64,000 nucleotides of DNA from an uncultured Collinsella sp. (GTDB taxonomy: Bacteria > Actinomycetota > Coriobacteriia > Coriobacteriales > Coriobacteriaceae). Under the pieces are notes generated by a model that searched no databases, was not told the origin of the DNA, and saw only the letters and a program-made list of their open reading frames with translations. Within the stretch, counting starts at the first letter, position 1. Each line of letters starts with the position of its first letter. The DNA lies in the NCBI GenBank assembly GCA_900541065.1, contig UQIE01000006.1, positions 2,711 to 66,710 on the forward strand, given 5' to 3'. Positions 20,572 through 31,532 of the stretch are shown piece after piece. The position numbers were made by a program, and so were the translations under genes.

Positions 20572-21489
20572 ATGGATCTGCCCATCAGCTTGCAAGACAT
20601 CACGTATGCCGAGAACTATCTGGCGCAGGGCGACCTGGCTACGGCGACACCGCTGCTGGAGCGCCTGGTGGAGCTCGCCGAGGAGTATATCGACGCCGAG
20701 TGCAAGACGGAGGAGAAGCGCCAATACTTTAGCTTCGATAGCAAGTTTGAGCGCTTGGCCTATCGCCGCGTGGAGAAGGATCCGCGCGAGCTCGTGCAGG
20801 TCGAGGTGCCGTTTGACCGCCTGTACTCTGACATGGCGTTTGCCTACATTCGCCAGCAGGATTATGTGAGCGCTCGTAATGCCCTAATGCAGGCTGTGCG
20901 TTGGGACCCCATGAACTGCAACTATCGCTTGGATTTGGCCGAGCTGTTCCGCGCACTCGAGGACAAGCAAGAATGGGCATCGCTCTCGTTCTCGGTGCTG
21001 GAGCGTGCAAGCGATGGCAAGTGCGCCGCCCGCGCTTACGCCAACTTGGGCCAGTATTTCCTTGAGCCCGAGACCGAGAATGTCTCGGCCGCCGTGGGTT
21101 GTGCGCGCCTGGCGCTGCGCTTGGCCCCTGGCGATGCGCATACGACGCGCCTGCTCAACAAGATCCATACCACCTATCCGGATGCCGCCGATGAGAGCGA
21201 CGACCACGTGATGGGTGAACTGGCCCTGCAAGGCGTGCCGACCTCGCCTTCGGCCGAGATTGCCATCTGCCTGATTATGTGCGCGACCGATGCTGCAAGC
21301 GACGGCGACAAGCAGGAGGCGACGCGTCTGACGGTGCGTGCTCGCGACTTGGTGGGCGAGGAGGCCTGCGCGGCGATTATCAAACTGGTGCGCGAGAGCG
21401 ACGCTGAGCTCAATGCTGAGCGCAAGGCAAAGCGCGACGCTGCGGGCTCAAACGCCGATGGAGCCAAGGAGGCCGGCGATGCCCAGTAA
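20572..21489 (+). CDS. hypothetical protein, TPR-like helical repeats
   Basis: Start MDLPISL with a GAGGAG RBS; helical repeat character; overlaps the smpB start. Confidence 0.55.
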   Translation: MDLPISLQDITYAENYLAQGDLATATPLLERLVELAEEYIDAECKTEEKRQYFSFDSKFERLAYRRVEKDPRELVQVEVPFDRLYSDMAFAYIRQQDYVSARNALMQAVRWDPMNCNYRLDLAELFRALEDKQEWASLSFSVLERASDGKCAARAYANLGQYFLEPETENVSAAVGCARLALRLAPGDAHTTRLLNKIHTTYPDAADESDDHVMGELALQGVPTSPSAEIAICLIMCATDAASDGDKQEATRLTVRARDLVGEEACAAIIKLVRESDAELNAERKAKRDAAGSNADGAKEAGDAQ

Positions 21490-21949
21490 GCGCGAGCGCA
21501 AGCTTATCTCCAAGAATCGCTCGGCACACCACGAGTACTTTATCGATGAGACCTTTGAGTGCGGCATTGAGCTGAGTGGCACCGAGGTCAAGTCGATTCG
21601 CGAGCGCGCGTGCCAGATCACCGACACCTTTGCACTGATTCGTGGCGGCGAGTGCTGGCTCGTGGGCCTGCATATTCACCCTTATAGCCATGGTGGCGTG
21701 TGGAACCGCGACCCTGATCGCCGCCGTCGTCTGCTGCTGCACCGCAAGGAGATCGACTTTCTCGACGGCAAGCTGCGTAATCGCGGCTATGCCCTGGTGC
21801 CGCTGGAGCTCTACTTTAATACCGACGGCCGCGTAAAGCTGCTGCTGGGCCTGGGCCGCGGTAAGAAGCTTTACGACAAGCGCGAGGATATGGCCAAGCG
21901 CGACGTTCAGCGCGAGATTGACCGCGCGCTTAAGGAGCGCAACCGCTAG
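21479..21949 (+). CDS. smpB: SsrA-binding protein SmpB
   Basis: MPSKRERKLISKNRSAHHEYFIDETFECGIELSGTEVKSIR... is the canonical SmpB sequence. Confidence 0.92.
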   Translation: MPSKRERKLISKNRSAHHEYFIDETFECGIELSGTEVKSIRERACQITDTFALIRGGECWLVGLHIHPYSHGGVWNRDPDRRRRLLLHRKEIDFLDGKLRNRGYALVPLELYFNTDGRVKLLLGLGRGKKLYDKREDMAKRDVQREIDRALKERNR

Positions 21950-21960
21950 GCGCTCTGTAT

Positions 21961-22028
21961 AAGTTGCGGTGGAATAGTTCCTGTTTGAGGCCAAATAGCC
22001 GACAAGCAGGAACTATTTCACCGCAATT
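21961..22028. repeat. Family A palindromic repeat, copy A2 (arm variant GTTCCTG/CAGGAAC)
   Basis: AAGTTGCGGTGGAATAGTTCCTG...CAGGAACTATTTCACCGCAATTT. Confidence 0.85.
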
Positions 22029-22158
22029 TGGTGGAGGGACTTGGCTGACCTGCAATCTTGGCACATATGTGTATGGGGCGGCGTCCGTTATGGGCGCCGC
22101 CTTTTTTGTGGGTACATACATCCATGAGGTTCCAACCCAGGTTAGGGGAGTGATCGTT

Positions 22159-22662
22159 ATGGACAAAACTGCGTTCTTTACCATGCCGAGCGGTCTGTAC
22201 GTGGTGAGCGCCACGGCAGACGGGCTGCGCGCCGGCTGCGTCATCAACACGGCGGTGCAGGTGACGTCCGCACCGCCGCGCATTTCGGTTGCCGTGAACA
22301 AGGACAACGTCACCTCGGGCGTCATCGCATCGGCCAAAGCGTTCGCGCTAACCGTGATCGATCAGACCGCCGATATGCTCTACATCGGTAACTTTGGGTT
22401 CCGCACCAGCAGCGATTATGACAAGTTTGCTAAATACGAGACCCGCGAGACGGCTCTGGGCATGCCCTATGTGCCCGAGCACGCGGCAGCGCTGTTTAGC
22501 TGCCGTTTGATCGATACTGTGGATGTGGGCACGCATCTACTGTTTATCGGCGAGGTCGAGGATGCCGAGCGCCTGAGCGACGAGACGCCGCTGACGTACG
22601 ACTACTATCACAAGGTTCTGAAGGGCAAGACGCCTCCGAAGGCGTCCTCGTATCAAGGCTAG
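22159..22662 (+). CDS. flavin reductase-like protein (FMN-binding split-barrel, flavoredoxin-like)
   Basis: Start MDKTAFF with an AGGGGAG RBS; flavin reductase-like domain; lies upstream of rubredoxin. Confidence 0.7.
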   Translation: MDKTAFFTMPSGLYVVSATADGLRAGCVINTAVQVTSAPPRISVAVNKDNVTSGVIASAKAFALTVIDQTADMLYIGNFGFRTSSDYDKFAKYETRETALGMPYVPEHAAALFSCRLIDTVDVGTHLLFIGEVEDAERLSDETPLTYDYYHKVLKGKTPPKASSYQG

Positions 22663-22679
22663 AAATGTTTTAAAAACAC

Positions 22680-22707
22680 TTGCATTATATTATTGAGAAT
22701 ATATACT
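22680..22707 (+). promoter_or_regulatory. candidate sigma70-type promoter for rubredoxin
   Basis: -35 TTGCAT, 16-bp spacer, -10 TATACT, in an AT-rich intergenic region. Confidence 0.4.
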
Positions 22708-22751
22708 AATAAGCGAAGTACATCACCAGTCACGTTCGAGAGGAGAACATC

Positions 22752-22895
22752 ATGGCTGAGGAGAAGAAGACGTATAAGTTTGTGTGCGTCGTTTGCGGTT
22801 ACGAGGTTGAGGTCGACACGCCCGAGCTGCCCGAGGACTACGTGTGCCCGGTGTGCGGCGTCGGCCCCGATCAGTTTGAGCTTGTCGAGGAGTAG
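22752..22895 (+). CDS. rubredoxin (47 aa); absent from the 60-aa ORF track
   Basis: [47 protein letters not shown]; two CxxCG pairs; GAGAGGAG RBS. Confidence 0.85.
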   Translation: MAEEKKTYKFVCVVCGYEVEVDTPELPEDYVCPVCGVGPDQFELVEE

Positions 22896-22936
22896 CTCGC
22901 AGGCACACGGCGAAAGCCGAACATAGCTCTGTCCAA

Positions 22937-22983
22937 GGGCCCCGGTCGGTCATCCCGGCCGGGGCCCTTTTCTTCCGTCCCCA
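22937..22983 (+). terminator. intrinsic terminator after rubredoxin
   Basis: GGGCCCCGG...CCGGGGCCC stem followed by TTTTCTT. Confidence 0.7.
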
Positions 22984-23039
22984 AGGGATCACGGCTGCTG
23001 TTAGCCGATCCTGTCTGTCGTGAGTCCGGCCGACCGTTT

Positions 23040-23335
23040 GTCTCAATCTGTAACATCTGGCGGCTCAAAACGGGTCTATCTGTTACAGATCGAGACAAAA
23101 GGTTGGAGCTGAAGAAATGTCTCGATCTGTAACATCTAGAAGCGGAAATCGGGTCCACTTGTTACAGATCGAGACAAACCAAAACCATCATTCTCAAAAT
23201 CTCAATCTGTAACATCTGACGGTAAAAACGGGGTCTACGTGTTACAGATTGAGACAAACGGAGCTGTCCCTCGGAATGATCTCGATCTGTAACATCTAGA
23301 CATCAAAAGCGGGTCTAGATGTTACAGATCGAGAC
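23040..23335. repeat. Family D hairpin-repeat array D1: 4 units of 57 bp (16-bp perfect inverted arms GTCTCGATCTGTAACA / TGTTACAGATCGAGAC around a 25-bp core) with 22-24-bp spacers
   Basis: Units at 23040-23096, 23119-23175, 23199-23255 and 23279-23335; not CRISPR (no cas genes, cores and spacers are semi-conserved). Confidence 0.9.
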
Positions 23336-23362
23336 GTTTGCCTAGGTGGACCCCCCGTTCCA

Positions 23363-24619
23363 TTACATCCCGGTCAACAGCACGACGTCGAGCGCCGTTA
23401 CGACGACACCGATCCCTACGAGCAACGCGTTGAGCGGGCGCGAGTTGGCGTATTTGCCCATGACGCGGGGCGAACTGGTGAGTCGTATGAGCACAAAGAC
23501 CGTAATCGGCAACTGAAGCGACAGCAGCGCCTGACTCCAAATGAGACCCTCAAAAGGATTTGGGACGACCAGGCACGCCGCCACTGCGCCGGCGAAACAT
23601 GCCGCCACCCCAATCGAGGAATGTCGGTCGCGGATGTCGTATTCCTCGTCGAACATGCCCGCGGTGATGGTGCCTGCCGCCATGCCTGCCGTCACACTAC
23701 TCGAGAGGCCCGCAAACAGCAGCGCCACCGCAAAGATTGTCGAGCTTGCTGGGCCCAGAATGGGGGAGAGCGTGTCCGCTGCGACGGCGAGGTCGTCTAC
23801 GACAATGCCGTGCGCAAAGAAGGTCGTTGCGGCCAGGATGACCATGGCCGAGTTGATTGCCCAGCCCACGCCCATCGAAAAGAGCGTGTCGAAGAGCTCA
23901 TAGCGCAGGCGCTCTTCGATAACCTGCTCGCCTTGGCCTTCGAAGTGCATGGATTGGATGACCTCGGAGTGTAGAAAGAGGTTGTGGGGCATAACGACCG
24001 CACCCAGGACACTCACGATAATCGCGGCAGAGCCAGTGGGCATACTGGGCGTGATCCAGCTTGCGGCGGCTTGCGGCCAGTCGACCTTGACTAGTGCAAG
24101 CTCGGCCAAAAACGAGAGTCCTACCACGCCTACGAAGGCGATGATCCAGCGTTCGGCACGCTTGTAGGAGTTCGTCATGAGCATCGCCATCGATACTGCC
24201 GCCACGATGGCGCAGCCCGCACGCACGGGCAGCCCAAAGAGCATTTGAAGGGCAATCGCGCCACCCAGGACTTCGGCCATGGCGGTGGCGATGGTCGCGA
24301 GATAGGCACTGGCGAGCACCGTGCGTCCAACGAAGCGGGGGAGGTAACGTGTCGTGGCCTCGGCAAGACAGGCGCCCGTGGCGATACCCAGGTGCGCCGC
24401 ATTGTGCTGCAGCACAATGAGCATAATCGTGGACAGTGTGACGATCCACAGCAGCGCGTAGCCAAACTGCGAGCCCGCGGCCATATTGGAGGCCCAGTTG
24501 CCCGGGTCGATAAAGCCGACGGTCACGAGCAGCCCGGGGCCGATGTGCCGCGCAATGTCTAGGCCTCCGTGACCACCGGTGCGTCGGCAGCCAAAGTGTT
24601 GTTTGAGATGGTTGAGCAT
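23363..24619 (-). CDS. mntH: NRAMP-family divalent metal (Mn2+/Fe2+) transporter
   Basis: About 418 aa, 11-12 TM; DPGN motif (GFIDPGNWASN); AGGAGC RBS at the MLNHLKQ start. Confidence 0.9.
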   Translation of the reverse strand: MLNHLKQHFGCRRTGGHGGLDIARHIGPGLLVTVGFIDPGNWASNMAAGSQFGYALLWIVTLSTIMLIVLQHNAAHLGIATGACLAEATTRYLPRFVGRTVLASAYLATIATAMAEVLGGAIALQMLFGLPVRAGCAIVAAVSMAMLMTNSYKRAERWIIAFVGVVGLSFLAELALVKVDWPQAAASWITPSMPTGSAAIIVSVLGAVVMPHNLFLHSEVIQSMHFEGQGEQVIEERLRYELFDTLFSMGVGWAINSAMVILAATTFFAHGIVVDDLAVAADTLSPILGPASSTIFAVALLFAGLSSSVTAGMAAGTITAGMFDEEYDIRDRHSSIGVAACFAGAVAACLVVPNPFEGLIWSQALLSLQLPITVFVLIRLTSSPRVMGKYANSRPLNALLVGIGVVVTALDVVLLTGM

Positions 24620-24741
24620 GGTGAGCTCCTGCGTGCCGTTTGTTTGACGCCGCAAAGGATACCCGTTTTAGGCTCAAAAGTTAACCAAGACTAACAAAAT
24701 TGTTGTATTTGAATAGGATGGTGAAAGGGGATTGCTGAAAT

Positions 24742-24798
24742 GTCTTGATCTGTAACAACTAGGGATGGAAATTGGATCTTACTGTTACAGATTGAGAT
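24742..24798. repeat. Family D hairpin unit D2 (single, slightly degenerate) in the mntH/gltB divergent region
   Basis: TGTCTTGATCTGTAACA-N25-TGTTACAGATTGAGAT. Confidence 0.8.
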
Positions 24799-24982
24799 GT
24801 TTGAAGTGGTGAGTTTACAGGTCGAACTTGGGGCCCTTGTTGTCGCCCTTGAGGTCGGCGGCACCCACTCGTAGGGCGTGCGTTACGCGATTGTTTCGAA
24901 ACGGGCGGGAAACACAACGGGCCGGCGATGCTCCTAGTATGCCTGTTCAACTGACTGTCTAAATATCTAGGGGAGGATCGCG

Positions 24983-27900
24983 ATGCAGGCAGATTCCGCT
25001 CAGCAGCAGGGCCTTTATCGTCCCGAATTCGACCACGATGCATGTGGCATCGGCGCGCTTGCCGATATCAACGGTGAGCGTCATCACCAGATTCTGGACG
25101 ATGCGCTATCCATTCTGGTCAACTTGGAGCACCGCGGTGGCACGGGACTCGAGAAGAACACCGGCGACGGCGCCGGCATCCTGTTCCAGGTTCCGCATCA
25201 CTTTTTCCGTAAAGAGGCCCAAAAGTGCGGCCAGATTCTGCCGGCAGAGGGCGACTATGGCGTGGCCATGCTGTTCTTCCCGCAGGACGACAAGGGCGTA
25301 GAGGATGCCCGTCGCGTGTTTGAGGAGGGCTGCGCCGAGGCCGGCGTACCGCTGCTCTTTTGGCGCGAGGTACCCGTCGATCCGCACGACCTGGGCGAGA
25401 CGGCCCGCGCCTGCATGCCCACCATCTTACAGGCTTTCCTGGGCCGCCCCGACGACACGCCGGCAGGTGACGCCTTCGAGCGCCGCCTGTACGTGTGCCG
25501 CCGCACCATCGAGAAGAAGGCTGACGCCGAGTTCGCCCTGCGCGACAAGATCTTCTACGTGTGCTCCATGAGCTCGCGCACTATCGTGTACAAGGGCATG
25601 CTCGTCGCCACACAGATGCGCCGCTTCTTCATCGACCTCAACGACGCGGCCGTTAAGACGGCCGTAGCGCTCGTTCACTCGCGCTACTCCACCAACACCA
25701 CGCCCAGCTGGGAGCGCGCACCCCAACCGCTTTATCATCCACAACGGCGAGATCAACACCCTCAAGGGTAATGTCAACTGGATTCGCGCCCGCGAGCCCA
25801 ACCTGTACAGCCCCGTGCTGCAGCACGATCTTGAGCGTGTGATGCCCATCATCAACCGCGAGGGCTCCGATTCCGCGATTCTGGACAACGTGCTCGAGTT
25901 CCTGGTCATGAACGGTCGCCCGCTCACGCGTGCCGCGTCCATGTTGCTGCCCGAGCCGTGGGACCACAACGACAGCCTGAGTGAGGAGCGCCGCGCCTAC
26001 GACGCCTACCAGTCCATGCTCATGGAGCCGTGGGATGGCCCGGCGGCCATCGCCTTTACCGACGGTCGCACGCTGGGCGCTGCCCTCGACCGTAACGGCC
26101 TGCGCCCGGCTCGCTACTACGTGACGCGCGACGGCCGCTTTATGCTGGCAAGCGAGGTGGGCACCATCGAGGTGAGCCCCGAGAACATCCTGACGAGCGG
26201 CTGTCTGGGGCCGGGCCAGATGCTCGAGGTCGACTTTGCCCGCGGCCGCGTGATCTACAACGACGAGCTGCGCGCCCGTTACGCCAAGGAAAAGCCCTAC
26301 CGTGATTGGATTGCCGAGGAGACACTGACCGTCGACGCGCTCGATAGGCCTGCCGCGGCAACGCCCGCCGAGGACGCCGAGGTGCCCGCCGCCGTGCGCA
26401 TGGCCAAGCTCGGGTATCACTGGGATGACGTCGACGAGGTCGTGCGTCCCATGGCCCAGCAGGGCAAGGCGCCGCTCGCCTCGATGGGCATCGATGCGCC
26501 GCTGGCCTGTCTGTCCAAGAAGACGCGCTCCTTCTACGACTATTTCTATCAGCTGTTCGCCCAGGTCACGAACCCGCCCATCGATGCCCTTCGCGAGCAT
26601 ATGGTCACCTCGACCACGCTCTACCTGGGCAACCACGGCAACCTGCTCGAGGACTCCCGTACGGCCTGCCAGCTGGTTCGCCTGGAGCGCCCGTTGCTCA
26701 ACGAGGAGGAGTTTGACCGCATCTGCGCCATCGACCGTGTGGGCTTTAAGACCCGCCGTTTCCGTGCCGTGTACCGCCGTGATGCCGGCGAGGGCGCGCT
26801 GCAGGCTGCGCTCAAGCAGCTTGCAGAGGATGTTGAGGCCGCGGTCCGCGACGGCGTGAACATCGTGGTGTTGAGCGATCGTGCCGCTGCGGGCGAGGTG
26901 CCCGTGCCGTCGCTGCTCGCCGTGGGCTGTGTGCACAACCACCTGATCCGCGCCGGCGTGCGTACCTTTGCCGACATCGTGGTGGAGTGCGGCGACGCCG
27001 TGTCCCCGCACGACTTTGCGGCACTGGTGGGCTACTCCGCGAGCGGCATCTATCCGTACAACGCACACGCGTGCATCCGCGATCTGGCGGCACGCGGCGA
27101 CCTGGATGTGACGGCCGAGCAGGGCATCGCCAACTACAACAAGGCTGCGACCGCCGGCATCGTCTCCATCATGTCCAAGATGGGCATCTCTACGGTGCAG
27201 AGCTACCATTCGGCGCAGATCTTCGAGGCCGTGGGCTTTACGCCGGAGTTCGTTAACGCGTACTTCGCCGGCACGGTGAGCCGTGTGGGCGGTATGGGTG
27301 TCGAGGACGTCGAGCGCGAGCAAAACGAGCGCTATGACGCCGCGCTCGCTATCCTTAAGAGCCCGGCTCCCGATCAGCTGCCCACGCTGGGTCTGACCAA
27401 GTGGCGCCCGCTCGGCGGCGAGGATCACCTCATCGATCCGCAGACTGTCTACCTGTTGCAAACCGCCTGCCGTGAGGACAGCTACGACACCTTTAAGGAG
27501 TACAGCGCCCGCCTGCATCGCACCGGCCGTGCCGTGCGCCTGCGCGACTTGCTCGACTTTGATGCCAGCGGCCGCACTCCGGTGGCACTCGACGAGGTCG
27601 AGTCCGCACTCAACATCGTCCGCCGCTTTAACACCGGCGCCATGTCGTATGGCTCCATCAGCAAAGAGGCACACGAGTGCATGGCCATCGCCATGAACCG
27701 CCTGCATGGCCGTTCCAACTCGGGCGAGGGCGGCGAGGATCCGCGTCGCGAGACCCCGCTGGCTAATGGAGACTCCAAGAACTCCGCCATCAAGCAGGTA
27801 GCAAGTGCGCGCTTTGGCGTGACGAGCCGCTATCTGTGCAGCGCCTTCGAGATTCAGATCAAGATGGCCCAGGGCGCCAAGCCCGGCGAGGGTGGCCACC

Positions 27901-29678
27901 TGCCCGGCAAGAAGGTCTACCCCTGGATCGCCGAGGTCCGTCAGTCCACGCCCGGCATCGGCCTGATCTCGCCTCCGCCGCACCACGATATTTACTCCAT
28001 TGAGGACCTGGCAGAGCTTATCTTCGATCTTAAGAACGCCAACCCCGGTGCGCGCGTGTCGGTCAAGCTGGTCAGCGAGGCCGGCGTCGGCACCATCGCT
28101 ACCGGTGTGGCCAAGGGTGCTGCCGACAAGATCTTGATCAGCGGCCACAATGGCGGCTCGGGTGCCGCTGCGCGCGACTCTATCTGGCATGTGGGTCTGC
28201 CGTTGGAGCTTGGCCTCGCCGAGGCTCAGCAGACGCTGCTGCAAAACGGCCTGCGCTCACGCGTGGTGCTCGAGGCCGACGGCAAGCTCATGGACGGCAC
28301 CGATGTTGCCGTCGCCTGCTTGCTGGGCGCCGAGGAGTTTGGCTTTGCGACCATGCCGCTCATCTCCATGGGCTGCCTCATGCAGCGCGACTGCCAGCAG
28401 GACACCTGCCCGGCCGGCATCGCCACGCAGAACTGCCGCCTGCGTCGCGGCTTCCGCGGCAAGCCCGAGCACGTTGAGCACTTTATGCTCTTTGTTGCCG
28501 AGCAGCTGCGCGAGGTCATGGCGAGCCTGGGCTTCCGCACCGTCGACGAGATGGTCGGCCATCCCGAGTGCTTGCGCCAGATCGAGGTCCCGGGCAACCG
28601 CAAGGCCAACCTGCTCGATCTGTCGCCCGTGCTGGCAAGCGCGACCTGCGAGTTCGGTGCCCATATTCCGGGCGCCGACGGTCGCCACTTCCTGCCGCAG
28701 ATGGCCGCGGACAGCGAGCTCGACAAGACGCTCGACTCCACGTTGTTTGTGCCCTATACGGCCGACGCCCGTGCGCATCTGCGTCCGATTCGCTTCCGCG
28801 CCGATATCGCCAACGTCAACCGCTGCGTGGGCACCATCTTGGGCAACGCGGTGACCAAGGCGCATCCCGAGGGCCTGCCCGCCGGCTCCATCACCATCGA
28901 TTGCGATGGTTCGGCCGGCCAGAGCTTTGGCGCCTTCCTGCCGCGCGGCATTACGCTCAACGTGTGCGGCGACGCCAACGACTACTTTGGCAAGGGACTT
29001 TCGGGCGGCGAGGTGTCGGTGCGCCCCAACCCGCATGCGACCTACAAGTTCGACGAGAACATCATCGTGGGCAACGTTGCGTTCTTTGGTGCCACGAGCG
29101 GCCGCGGCTTCATTAACGGCCTGGCGGGCCAGCGTTTTGCCGTACGCAACTCCGGTGCCACCGTGGTGGTCGAGGGCTGCGGCAACCATGGCTGCGAGTA
29201 CATGACGGGCGGTCTGGCACTCATCCTGGGCGAGGTCGGGCAGAATTTTGCCGCCGGCATGACAGGCGGCGTGGCCTACGTCTTTGACCAGTACGGCACG
29301 CTCGACGCCCGCGTGAACCACGAGAGCGTGGAGCTCAAGGCCCCGACGGCCGGTGAGCTGGCGCAGATTCGCGAGCTCATCCAGGAGCACGTGGACGCGA
29401 CGCAGAGTCCGCGCGGAATTAAGCTGCTCTACAGCTTCGACTCGATGAGCAAGCACTTTGTGAAGGTCATTCCGACCGAGTACGAGCGCGTGCTGGCGAT
29501 TGTCGCCGCGGGTGAGGCTGCCGGCAAGACGCATGCGCAGGCCGAGGAGCTGGCGTTTGACATCGTGACCGGTCGCGCGAGCGCCGCGGATGTCGCTCGC
29601 TTTGATGTTGCGGGCAGTGCTGCGGGCGCTGCGTCCGTGGCTGCCAGCTCTGTTGCTTCGACCAAGAAGGAGGCGTAA
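24983..29678 (+). pseudogene. gltB: glutamate synthase large subunit gltB interrupted by a frameshift (two ORFs, 24983-25771 and 25815-29678)
   Basis: N-terminal amidotransferase domain (MQADSAQQQGLYRPEFDHDACGIGA...) ends out of frame at ...SWERA; the conserved HPNRFIIHNGEINTLKGN continues in the +1 frame from about 25718; the rest (FMN, Fe-S and GXGXXG domains) is intact. Confidence 0.85.
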
Positions 29679-29683
29679 GTGCC

Positions 29684-31165
<1,482 letters not shown>

Positions 31166-31176
31166 GGTAGTCATTC

Positions 31177-31214
31177 AAGAACGTCCCCAATGACTAGTCA
31201 TTGGGGACGTTCTT
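31177..31214. repeat. Family C: perfect 38-bp palindrome AAGAACGTCCCCAATGACTAGTCATTGGGGACGTTCTT followed by a T-run; likely bidirectional terminator for gltD
   Basis: Related GTCCCC-containing units at 360-480, 31215-31250, 45640-45690 and 57095-57150. Confidence 0.8.
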
Positions 31215-31532
31215 TTTTTGTCTAGTCGTTGGGGGACACTCTTCGCGGGGCGCCTGTTCGTTTGTCGACGTATGGGTGTTCGTTTGTCGACTTCTTGGGC
31301 TGTGGTCACCTGCTCTTTTTGTGGTGGTAGCGGGCATCTGGCTCAAAAGGGCGGGTTGGCTGTCTATGTCTACCTGCGGTTTCTTTGCGGTGTGCTCATT
31401 CGGTCAAGTGTCCCGTCAAGTGTTTGGTTAGCATCTGGTTTGCAGTCGAAGGCCTATTTTGCCCGCGCTTGCCTCGGTTGCCCGCCCTCCTCGTAAGCTC
31501 AAATTGAGGCCCATCAGTTTGAGGAGGATGCC

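Noticed and set aside
23040-23335. CRISPR array (regularly spaced repeats of about 57 bp with about 24-bp spacers)
   Set aside because: The units are dyad-symmetric hairpins, not direct repeats. Both spacers and cores are semi-conserved rather than unique. No cas genes or leader are present. Identical units occur singly at other loci. Classified as a REP/BIME-like family instead.
23040-23335. Integron attC sites / gene cassettes
   Set aside because: The arms do not fit the RYYYAAC/GTTRRRY core sites. Units are tandem with 22-bp spacers rather than one per cassette. No intI integrase or attI is present.
24816-24900. Short minus-strand reading frame ending ...GAADLKGDNKGPKFDL* as a possible gene remnant
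   Set aside because: Only about 25 codons, with no start, no RBS and no recognisable family. Probably a chance open frame in the mntH/gltB intergenic region.
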